From contig OU015569.1 of assembly GCA_907165135.1 (NCBI GenBank), positions 4,836,001 to 4,900,000 on the forward strand: DNA of 64,000 bases. The letters run 5' to 3'. A program made the translations under genes and the position numbers. Within the stretch, counting starts at the first letter, position 1, and each line of letters starts with the position of its first letter. This DNA is from Oikopleura dioica (lineage: Eukaryota > Animalia > Chordata). Positions 1-10,580 of the stretch are shown piece after piece. The notes beneath the pieces were generated by a model. That model was not told where the DNA came from and made no database searches. It was given only the letters and a program-made list of their open reading frames with translations.

Positions 1-371
1 TTCCGGTCGCCGTTTTTGTTCTAGAAATGCTAGAATGACAAAAAAAGCGGGAAAATGGTCCTTGAAGTTAGTTCTTCTGTGGGTGAAAAAATGAGAATCA
101 TATCTCTAACTATAAGATGCTTATCACCAAAATTCTATTTTCTTATGAAAATGGGACCGAAAATTAGGAAGGTGCAGCAACAACGAAATACATACAAAAT
201 TTAGAATTTTTATCGTTTAAAAAAGTTTCGCTGTATATTTGACCAATATCTTTTTGCCCACAGTAGAACTTACCATAAGGATCAGTTTCCGGGTTCATTC
301 ATCATCCTAGCATTTCTAGAACAAAAACGGCGACCGGAAACGTATTTTCCGGTAACCAGCCGGTTAACCGG
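1..371. mobile_element. MITE-like inverted-repeat element, left end truncated by the window edge
   Basis: Bases 1-38 (ttccggtcgccgtttttgttctagaaatgctagaatga) are the reverse complement of ~302-339 (1 mismatch). The right arm continues into ccggtaaccagccggttaaccgg. Non-coding. TSD cannot be read. Confidence 0.7.
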
Positions 372-729
372 TCAATCCTTGGAGTTATCAAGAGTTTGAC
401 CCACCATTCGACTCGTCTCAACAAGCTGAAGAAAACTGCACTTTCAGAATTTTTACGATTTTCAGACCCACAAAAATTTTTTTGAAATTATCATTATAAT
501 TCACTGTTAGAAAATTTTAACCTACTTTAGTAGTAATGCTTCATTACTGGGCCAGTAACACTGGTTAAAATATATTCTTTGAGTTTCAACTGCTTTTTTA
601 AAAGTGTTAGCAGTGCAGAGATGGATTCAAAGGTTGGAAATGATGCACCGTCCAGCGATTTCAAATGATGACTCCTTCTTTATTCTTCAGTTGCAATCAA
701 TTAGTCGTCAATTTGCGTAAGCCACATCC

Positions 730-2180
730 TGTGGATTTTGACGTGCTGTCCATTGCTAATAACTAGAGCCAAACGAGTCGTTTGTCGCTGTGAATACGTT
801 ACAGCGCTCCGCTCAAAGCCGATAAATGAGCAGTAAATGCGACATGGAGCACTTTGACGACATCCTCAATTCCCAGAAACAATAGTTTAAAAACCAACTT
901 TTCGCTTGCTCCCTCCCAGAATAAAAAAAAATCCGAGAAGCGAAGGAAATATTTAGAGAAGCGATGATGGCGAACGACAAGTGCGGCGCATCCCTCTGCA
1001 CACAGGTAAGTGCAATAATCTTGTCGAAAAGACATCTTGCGGCAGTTCTACAAATATAGCCAATAAACCGATTCGGCGGGCAAATAATATTGAAAGATAA
1101 TACTCAATCTTCAATTCTGACCAAAAATTTAACCTCGGCATCTCATAAATTTCCAGACAAATGGAGTAGAAAGTTCTTTGAAGCCTTCTAAATATAATTT
1201 CCCAAATTTAACACCAATGATTGTCGAGATAAAATACGGTGATTTCCGTCTAAAACTTTGCAGAAAGTGGCATGATAATTTGTTGCTGCAGTCATTAAAA
1301 CACGGGCAACTCGAACTTTTGCTTTATAAATGAACTCATAAATGTATTCGGAAGAGCATATTTCTCGATCATATCGGCCACAGATTTTTGATCCACTTTT
1401 CTGTTTTAGTTTTATTAATTTTTACTGTTTCGTTGATTAAATTTTAACGTTAAAACGCCTCACTAGCACGGTAAGCTACAATAATCCTTTATAAACATTT
1501 TAATCCTTGTTGGATTCTACTTTTTTCTCCGAATCCGTCTCCTCAATATTTTATTTAACTGGAACTTACAGTGTTACAATCGCATTCACATGGACGGGCA
1601 GAGCCATGAAGGATGTAAATGGTTACTCGGACTGAAATACTGCTGTCAGAAGCACTTGCGCAGTTTCATTGGCATTTTCAATAGCAGACAGGATGAATGT
1701 CTACCTTTGGAGACATTGATGAAGAAGACGCCAAATTTCAACCCAGAGGCAAGCTCGAGAATCCCAGATGAAGTTCTCGATGAAAGAATTTCGGAAGTCA
1801 TGGAAAGCTCCCCACATGAAGAGGTAAATGATAATGCTTTAAAATTGAAATCATTTCTTTTTTGTTCAGACTTGTTTCGAAACTTCGGTAAGATCAAGCT
1901 GGTATTCGGACAATTTGATTCGCTTCTTATGGCTCTCCTTTATTGTTGTCTCCTGCTTGACCCTATTCATCTCCTACGTTATCTTCAAGTATGCTGGAAG
2001 TACTTGTTTCTTGGTTTAACATGGTTCTAGGAGAAGGCATAACAACGTCCTTAGCAGTTCCAGGAGGAGTCTGGAAGCCAACTACCCTGGTTCCTGCCCA
2101 TCGCCTCGTCGAGCAATCATCCCCTCCACTGTTATTGGAACACAGATTTGTCTTCAAGTATGCTTTGAATTGATCTAAGT
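730..2180 (+). CDS. Probable single-pass membrane protein with a Cys-rich ectodomain and short tail (multi-exon; start uncertain)
   Basis: By-eye splicing gives ...VVCRCEY / SKCDMEHF / NDKCGASLCTQ (gtaag donor ~1006) / CYNRIHMDGQSHEGCKWLLGLKYCC...PHEE (gtaaat..ttcag intron ~1823-1869) / TCFETSVRSSWYSDNLIRFLWLSFIVVSCLTLFISYVIFKYAG (hydrophobic TM-like segment). No family recognised with certainty. Confidence 0.4.
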
Positions 2181-2329
2181 GAAATACCTTTTCGTTAAGG
2201 CATCTGACTCCCAGGATCCGCTTCTTCCTTCTGAGAGAAAAACTTACCAAGACAACCCTTCAACCAAATAAAGCCATCTTTTTTGTAAAAAAAACAAGTT
2301 TATTGATTCGGAAAGGCGCTAATATTAAT

Positions 2330-5300
2330 AACAGGATATCGGCGAATGTCAAGTGTCGCTGAACTGATGTTTCGCCAATTGTTCGGTCTTCCTTGATTGC
2401 AGCATAATTTATCGAAGCGTTTGACATTAATCGTACGTCTAAAAGAGGGTTGTGAAAGGCTAAGTGTTGGATTTTACGGAAATTTTTTTGTTTGCAAACA
2501 GTTCTTCTTTCAGCGATTTCTCTTTCCTTGTCATTGCAGGTGGTCGCTTCATTATTCTCTTGAATGCATGAGTCGTCTTTGCTTGAGTTTATGATTTGCA
2601 GAAGTTTGCAAAAACTTTACCGAGTACTTCAAGATACAAAATGAAAACTGAGTCCTTTATCGTAAGATAGATATTCTTGACGAGCCAGTACAGAAAGTTA
2701 TAAACAGATGCAACCATGAAATCGGCGACAGCTAACAATGTCGCTTGAAAGGGTTCGTTCCACTAACCGCTAGCGTGTCCTTGCATAATTTTCAAAAGTA
2801 AACAACTATTTTGTTTTCTAACAATGGCAGCCTAGAGGTATCTCTGGCTTCCGCTTAAATTCTAGCTTAGAGGCTTAGCCTTGGCTTCTAAATGTATAAT
2901 TCCAAAGTTTAGAATCTAACCTAAGCAAAATACGAAAAATATCTTGACTGGCCTAATTTACTGCAAGGCGGATTAGTGCTTGAAAAACACGTTTTGCGAA
3001 GGTGTCTGCGTCCAAATAATGAAGTGGCTGTAGCCCGTCCTATTGACATGCCGAGCATAAATCCAGCTGTACCTCCGACATCCGCAACAAACTGAATTGG
3101 CGAATGGAGCGAATCAAAAGCAGAATTCACTTTGGGCTCACCTGCATCGGCGTGATGTCAGCCTTTTCCTGCAGCTCGAATTCGGCTTCCTTTTGTTTAA
3201 GGTTAAGCCCAAGAAAAGGCAGAACAATAATCAAATCGCAAGATAAGAAATCTTATTTCAAAACGAGGCTCAACCCGTTGTCCTCTAAAACTACCATCGC
3301 CGTCGTCACTTTGATTTTGAAGCTGGTCGTGTTCTCGTTCACTTTCTCGCAGCGCTCCTCATCGCTAGTCGGTACGCCGAGCTGCTTTAGTTGATCCACA
3401 TTGTGCTCGTGAATCCCGTCGAAAACGATGTTCATTTTGTAGCTTATGTCGGAGCACTCCACCGGGCAGTCGCAGATGATTTCGTGCTCGTGGATCTTCA
3501 TCATGCAAAATATTTGCTAATTAGAGTTAAATTCGACCCTTTTTTGGTGTTTTATTTTCTGTTAAATCAGGACTCTGGATGTCGGATTCCGTCAAATAGA
3601 AAATTACCTGCTGAATCGTGCAAGTTAGATACTTCGTATCGTCAAGATGAGAGAACGTGTTATTCCACCAGGGCATTTTACCAAATGGGTCAATCGTGTG
3701 TCATGCCGCGTTGATGCAAGTGAGGAATCAATCCGCTTATCTGAGTCTTACTTCAGCGACCTTTTCGAGAAGGCCCAAGCACTTTTTAATTATTCGCAGC
3801 TGTCCGTTTCCGCGTTTCCGACTTCTAATTTTTTTCGCGGGTTCATGTTTATATAAGAAAATAATAATTAGCTGTTCTAACAGTAAAAGGGGGTCAGAGG
3901 TCGGCCTACCCGTTCTTATACTATCTGCTAATTAGAGAAGTTCTCTCTCTCTTTGAATTATTCAAGTCTTTTTGCCTGAAAGTAGAATCTTTTTTGAGAG
4001 ATTAAAATTTGATACCAATTATCGGAATGAAAGAGTTTTCTATTTGACCAAGTTCAGATTGTGAACGTAAGCGCTGGCAGGTGCCATTCTATTGCGATCG
4101 AGCGCATTTGCCTGTCAAGAAACGCGATACGATAATTTATGATCTTAAGAATGTGCCACCAGTAATCGTCGAAAATCGCCAAAAATCTACTTTATAGAAG
4201 AAGGGATTACTTTTGACCATCTTTTTGAATGAAATTTTTATGATTTCTCAAACGGATCATCATTGATGTTCAAATCGACCCCGCATCAATGTTTGAGGTC
4301 TATCTTCTTCCAGCTGACACACGATCGACCCCAAGAACAGTCGCATGTTTTCGTGACGTTCATGGCATAGCACTCTTCCCGACAAGATTGACGCCTTTGC
4401 GGTGGAGAGAGTATTAGTTTGAGGGACGTGTACTCTATCTACTCACGTGTACGGCCACTCTTTGGTCGAGTTGAGGACCTTTTCAGTGCAGCGTGAGTAG
4501 GGATGCCCGAGGAACTTTTTGTGAGCTTGTTGGATGCGGTTCACCGGGACGCCGATTTGGTTGTTGACTTGGAAACGAGACGTATGCGCAACGATATTTG
4601 GCCGCTCGAACGGATTGTCTAAACCATTTTCAAAGAGAATTCGACTCTTGTTTAGATTCAGTGAAAAATTGTTAGCGAAAATAACCTTGCTGGAATTCGT
4701 CTCTAATCATCAGAGAATTCCGAAAAAATTAGGTCAATGAATTATTACAAAGTACCGGGCATAGGCTAAGCCTTTATTCGTGTTATAAGCTAAGTGCCCC
4801 TTCGTGTCCCCTTACTTGCCAATTGCGACATAATGATATGGGACGATAAACACTTACCTAGGTACATAGAGAAATCTCTGGTAGTGTGTTGACCACCAAA
4901 CGTGCGGTCAGACTCATTATAAGCCACCGTGATCGTCAAGGTGTTTGAGTAGCCAGGTGAGGGCGACTTTCAGCGGTTGGCAGAATGCTCAATTCAAAGC
5001 CTCTCAAGCGTCTGATTTCCTCGGTACTGTATCGTCTCAACAGATGGCAAGGGAAAATATTCGTTAATAAATGGGGTATTTGGATAATGCGAAAGTGGAT
5101 GGAATTTTATTTAACGTGAATTGAGTGTATTTTGATAATATTTAAAGTTATTTAGATTTGGGTGCTCGAGAATATCGTCAACCTAATAAACTGAAAGCGA
5201 GGGTCGAATTGCAAGCAACGTCCGTACTTTGTGAGGACTTTTGAGTGTTCAGACTTCTCGATTAGACGAATCCTTTTTGAGAGAATTTATTTGGTAACTG

Positions 5301-6093
5301 CGAGTTTCAAACTTGAGAAATTCACTTCGCGATAAAAGTTCGGAAAAATTTTGTATAAATTCCTCTGATCGACTAGCATCTGCTCTAGGAGAAATATTTG
5401 ACAGATAAAAAGCTCTGTAACACTCGTCTGAATTCCAACTATCACGGCAGTCCATGCTCCTGTATTGGCACTGCAAGATGTTCATTCCTTGGTGCGTCTC
5501 CGAAGCAAGCGTCACCGCAAACTCCGAATCGTTGGAGTACTGGCCCCGCGAATAGCAAAATTAAAACGAACCTTCTCAAGATCGAGGAAAGTGTTTTCAC
5601 GTTCCTTTTTCCATGCTTCGGAACTCTTGATCAGCTCCCAATTAACTTTGTCGTCGATTGCGCTGCCGCGAAGATAAAGTGGTCGAATAATTGTCATTAA
5701 ATCTTTGCTTGGCTAGGTGATTTTTTTTCCCCTGAAGTTGAGAAGTTCAAATGACTGTCTCTCGCTAAATTTTAGAGAAGTAATTGTTAACTGAGCCTTC
5801 GTGAATGTGATTTAGAACCATTCTACTGTGCATCGAGTTCAAGCACGTTGTTACTCGCGGAAATTCCACACTTCGTCCATCTTAAAAAAAAACGCCCTTT
5901 TTTCAAGCTCAATGCGTATTTTGTCTACCTACGCCCTGGCGATAGACGGTGACCATGGAACTTGTGTATTTTGAATAGATGTTGACATTTTTGTACACCA
6001 CCGCCCAAGTGTAATAAATTCCGAAAGTGGTGAAGAAGAACCAAACTACTCGGCGAATAACCGGCTCGCGGTCGTTGATTATCCATCTGATTC
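2330..6093 (-). CDS. DEG/ENaC (amiloride-sensitive sodium channel / ASIC family) subunit, multi-exon; first exon upstream of 6093 not resolved
   Basis: Pre-TM1/TM1 GIRWIINDREPVIRRVVWFFFTTFGIYYTWAVV (6093-5935); HQGMNILQCQYRSMDC...ECY (~5500-5400); LGHPYSRCT (~4510-4485); SCREECYAMNVTKTCDC (~4390-4335); CDCPVECSDISY (~3475-3440); TM2 FVADVGGTAGFMLGMSI spliced to ATLLAVADFMV (~3095-2710), matching the family GGxxGxxxGxS filter. Confidence 0.9.
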
Positions 6094-7080
6094 CTTTTTA
6101 CAGGTTCAAAAAAGGAATATGCATCGCAAATGCCGATGTTTATTTCCATAAAGTCTCTTTGTGGAACCTGTTCCTGTAGGGCCATCCTCTAGCAGGACAT
6201 TGATTCGCATCAGACTGGCCTTAGCGGGGCCGTCAAAGTTTCCTTTCAATCAAAGTAGCTTCTCTCTTTTAGTATACGTTTTTGAAGCCCAGTTTTTGAA
6301 AAAAAAGAAGTCTATTACTGGCTAATGAGAAGCAAAAATGAATGCAAGTTACTGTATTTCCATTTACATTTCGTCGCGTTTGGAGAAACCGCCTTCGATG
6401 CGTTAATAAATGATGCTCGGTCACTGCAAAATTTGATCCTCTCACAACAGCTGCTGCGTTTTGCATTAGAATAGGCATTACTGTATCAGAGCGGGGTGAT
6501 TAAACCAAATCAATCCGGGATTGTAGGTAGTCCAGGAGCAGTCTGAACAGCTAAGAAAGGAAATTTGATTTTGCGCGGTTTTCAGCGTCAGTAATGCACC
6601 GACTGGCACCTTGTGGCTCGGCGCTTGAGCAATGCAGAATTATATGCATGACTATTATTATCGTTTTAGAACATGATTCTATTAGATTTTAAAGCGTGAC
6701 GAATTCATAGAATAATTTCGTTCAATTTTTTCCTATTTTTGTACGCAAAAGACCAAAAACTCAGGTGATTTTAGCATTTTATCGGATAAAAAAAACGATT
6801 TTAGCCTTACTAAAAAGTTGGTGAGCTTTGTTTTTGTGTTAAACCGCTTTAAATAGCGTCATTAATGATAAAAACATCAAAAAACCTTGAATTGCATGTT
6901 TTCGAAAATTCTTGGAAAAGAGAGAATTTCTCTAGAAATGAAGTTGTTGTGAGGGCCCGATTTCTCATTTCAGTCAGTTCCCGAACTTGTCGGGTCCGAA
7001 ACGCGCATTTTAACGGGTAAGAAATTGCGTTTTTTGAGATTGAACGAAATACTGACTTTTATTTTTAGTCTTACCACCGC

Positions 7081-7656
7081 GGCCAATTTCAATAAGGAAT
7101 AGAAATTCCAAATCCTTACCTCCCATGTATTTATGATCGTTGGAAAGAGCGTAAAAAGTTACGTCAGAAAAAAATATTTCTAGAGGCTGAGTCATCACAA
7201 ATGACGTCATGGCGGCTGGTTGAAGTTCCAAAAGCCCAAAGGTTGGGTCCCCTCTCATTTTTTTTCCACAAATGGAAAATTTGAGTTAAATACAGGAAAA
7301 TGATCGCCTTGACCTACTCTAGGTGAAGAGCTATATTTTTCGGAAAAAATTTTGAAAAAATCGAAAAAAAATTTTTTTTTCTAGAGTTGGATCTTTCATA
7401 TATAGCTCTTCACCTACAGTAGGCCAAGGCGATCATTTTGATATATTGAACTCAAATTTTGCATTTCTAGAAAAAAAATGAGAGGGGACCCAACGTTTGG
7501 GACTTTTGGAACTTCAACCAGCCGCCATGACGTCATTAATGATGACTCAGCCCCTAAAACTATTTTTTTCTGACGTAACTTTTTACGCTCTTTCTAACGA
7601 GCACAAAAACATGGGGGGTTAGGATTTGGAATTTCTATTCCTTATTGAAATTGGCC
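7081..7656. mobile_element. Near-fully palindromic MITE (~255-bp arms, ~65-bp spacer), Harbinger/Tourist-like
   Basis: 7081-7335 is the diverged reverse complement of ~7402-7656. Termini are GGCCAATTTCAATAAGG...CCTTATTGAAATTGGCC, flanked on both sides by CGC (7078-7080, 7657-7659), a possible 3-bp TSD. Superfamily assignment is tentative. Confidence 0.75.
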
Positions 7657-8241
7657 CGCCAAAATACTCCAAAGGGAGTAGTCGAATCTCAACGATCTCC
7701 TGGAAAGGTGGTTTGAGGATCACAGATATCCTAAAAAAGGGATAGCGAAGATGATGATGGTGGAAAACTTTCCTCCTGAGTCTAAATCCTGAATAAAATC
7801 AATTTCTTTCACTAATTGTCTTTGTCTCTTTCTTTTGCAGGTTGTTAGCTTAGTTACGCGGTCGATCTCGTAGTTTTGCGGTTAATTCAGTAGTAGTGCG
7901 GCTATAAATTAATGCCAATGCGCTGAGAGGCGGACATTCAAACCAATCGGACATTCAAACCGATCGGACATTCAAACCAAAACGGACATTCATAATATGG
8001 TTTGAATGTCCGATCGGTTTGAATGCCCGATCGGTTTGAATGTCTGATTTTTTGCGTCAATGGTTTGAATGTTCCTATTTTTTTCGCAGAAAAGACGAAA
8101 AAAATGTTTGTGAGGTTATTGGTTTCCCCCTTTCTGAAAGATTTTTCAGAATAATGAAAATTTTTTACTTATTTACTTGTTACCGAAAATAAAAGATATG
8201 ACTAGGCTCTAAATCAAAATCTATATCCTTGGTTCATTTCT

Positions 8242-8482
8242 TGGTGTAGGGCGGCTTCGTTCGCAATTTCGTTCACAATAACGCCGTTCGTAATCTTGCG
8301 AACGCCGTTCGCACCGAAAAAAAATCTTCCCGTGAGTGTGCGCTACGCGCACTTTCTGTTAGAGAACTCGTTGGCTTGGCAGGAGCAGTCTTTTTCTACC
8401 GCTGGGACACATTTTGAAAAAAGTTGTGAACGATTTCCGGCCAAAAATTTTTCGATTTTGCGAACGAAGCCGCCCGCCACCC
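8242..8482. mobile_element. Small nested MITE (hAT-like, 8-bp TSD) in the left arm of the Foldback element
   Basis: TIR GGGCGGCTTCGTTCGCAA (~8249-8266) / TTGCGAACGAAGCCGCCC (~8458-8475). TCATTTCT is duplicated at 8234-8241 and 8483-8490. No counterpart in the right arm. Confidence 0.75.
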
Positions 8483-8982
8483 TCATTTCTCACCAAACTC
8501 TTACTGTAGATCCTTTTAAAGGACAATTACAAGCAATGAAAAATAAAACTAGATATTTTCCGAAAGAATTTTATCTTCGCCCTTTTTTTCGTGGGTTTTG
8601 CTGAGAAAAATGCACTTATGTCAGTCAAATCGACTTTTATCAGCCTTCCCATATTATATGGGCCATATATCGATTTTGCTCAAACTTCATAATATGATAG
8701 TTGACTTTCTAATCTTATCATAATTGAAAAAATTTATGATTTGGGGATGCTTTGAGATTTTCTAGCGCCTAAAAGTTGACTGAAACTATCAGATACGCAA
8801 ATTTAAGAATTTCAACTTTTGTTCTAGGCGTGTTATGATTACGATCCATAACTTTTTTGAACCTAATGAATCACTGAATTCATTCTGGCGCTTCGTCGCG
8901 GTTCAAGCCTTTAGAAGGGTCGAGACCCAGCAATACGTATATGATATACGGTATATCGAAATGTCTATTTTTTGATAAAAAG

Positions 8983-9221
8983 GGTAACCGGTGAAAATAT
9001 TTCGTTGGAACGAATAATTCGTTAGAAAAACGAATAATTCGTTATATAACGAGCCAAAGTCCTATAGAATCCGAATCTATATGCGCTCCGCGCCTGATTT
9101 GATAGAGAAGCTCATTTTCGAGGATGTTATCTTTCTACCTAACCGCGCAAACAGTCAGTAAAAACATTTTTTACCGAGGGTAACGAATTATTCGTTGAAA
9201 CGAATTATTTATACCGGCGAC
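8983..9221. mobile_element. Second small insertion in the left arm of the Foldback element
   Basis: Flanked by GATAAAAAG (8974-8982) and GATAAAAG (9222-9229). Internal inverted copies of AACGAATAATTCGTT. Absent from the matching right-arm segment (~11030-11060). Confidence 0.55.
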
Positions 9222-9825
9222 GATAAAAGTCGAACCATCATATTTTCGAATCGAGCCACTTGGATGACCGACCAGGGGTTCAAAAACGCTATTAATACCC
9301 ACAAAATGATGTAATATGTATATCAAAATGCTTCTCTGCTCATAAGGAGTCTTTAAAACAGATTTTAAACCCAAACCACTTGGATAACCGCCTGGTTATT
9401 AGCGGTTCAGAGTGTTTCACGCTCTTGGTATCAACAAAATGCTTGTATATATTTATCGAAATGATTCTCTACTCAAGAACAGTCTTTTTAACAGATTTTC
9501 GAACTAAACTACTTGGTTCAATGGAAGGTTGCAATTCGTCTGGGAACGCTTGTTTTGAAATCTAAAATAACATGTTCTAGAGATTTTTTAGGAAAAATGA
9601 GGCGCGAAGGTAGAGAAATTTCAAAAATAGAAATCATTTTTACCACAAAAAACTTCGATTCGGGGCATAACAAATTTCGGAGGAATAATGCAAAATCCTC
9701 AAGAACATGTTATTTCAGACTACAAAACAATCGAACCAAGACTAATTGCATACTTCCGGTTCAATGACTGGTGAGTCGTGGTTCGAGACAGTTCATCTTC
9801 TATTCACAGTCCTTTTTATACGATT

Positions 9826-10580
9826 CAGTCTACAACGGAGCCAAGCCGACCTGAAGGGGAGGCCAGTTCCGTTCATACAATTCAGTCTGCGACGGGGCCA
9901 AGCCGACCCGGAGGGAGGCCAGTTCTGTCTATACAATTCAGTCTGTGACGGGGCCAAGCCGACCCGAAGGGGAGGCCAGTTAAGTTTATAGAATTCAGTC
10001 TGCGTCGGGGCCAAGCCGACCCGAAGGACAGGCCAGTAACGTTTATACAATTCAGGCTGCGTCGGGGCCAAGCCGACCCGAAGGGGAGGCCAGTTCCGTT
10101 TATAGAATTCAGTCTGCGACGGGGCCAAGCCGACTCGAAGGATAGGCCAGTTACGTTTATATAATTCAGTCTGCGTCGGGGCTAAGCCGACCCGAAGGGG
10201 AAGCAAGTTACGTTTATATAATTCAGTCTGCGTCTGGGCTAAGGCGACCCGAAGGGGAGGCCAGTTCCGTTTATGCATTTCAGTCTGCGTCGGGGCAAAG
10301 CCGATTCTCTTCGAGTCTTATAAACTAAACTGGCCTCCCCTTCGGGTCCGCTTGGCCCCGTCTCAGACTGAATTAAAAAAACGGAGCTGACCCTCCTTCC
10401 GGTCGGCTTGGCCCCGTCTCATACTGTATAATATAAACTAGAATGGCCTCACCTTCGGGTCAGCTTGGCTCTGTCGCAGACTGAATTGTATAATCGTGAC
10501 TGGTCTCCCCTTCGGGTCGGCTTGGCCCCGTCGCAGACTGAATTTAATAAATGGGACTGGCCTCCCCTTCAGGTAGGCTT
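9826..10580. repeat. 57-bp minisatellite: about 8-9 direct copies (9826-10305) then about 4-5 inverted copies (10320-10580)
   Basis: Unit ~CAGTCTGCGTCGGGGCCAAGCCGACCCGAAGGGGAGGCCAGTTCCGTTTATACAATT recurs every 57 bp (one unit 56 bp). Orientation flips near 10310, the symmetry centre of the element. Confidence 0.95.

Noticed and set aside
1963-2250. Minus-strand 95-aa ORF
   Set aside because: It overlaps a better-supported plus-strand spliced gene (TM segment and canonical introns) and has no motif support.
9793-10278. 161-aa ORF of 19-aa repeats (YKRNWPPLRVGLAPTQTEL)
   Set aside because: A by-product of a 57-bp (multiple of 3) minisatellite. It shifts frame at the 56-bp unit and has no gene context.
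9826-10580. Regularly spaced GC-rich repeats resembling a CRISPR array
   Set aside because: Units are contiguous 57-bp tandem copies with no unique spacers. There are no cas genes, the context is eukaryotic, and the array sits inside a TSD-bounded transposon.
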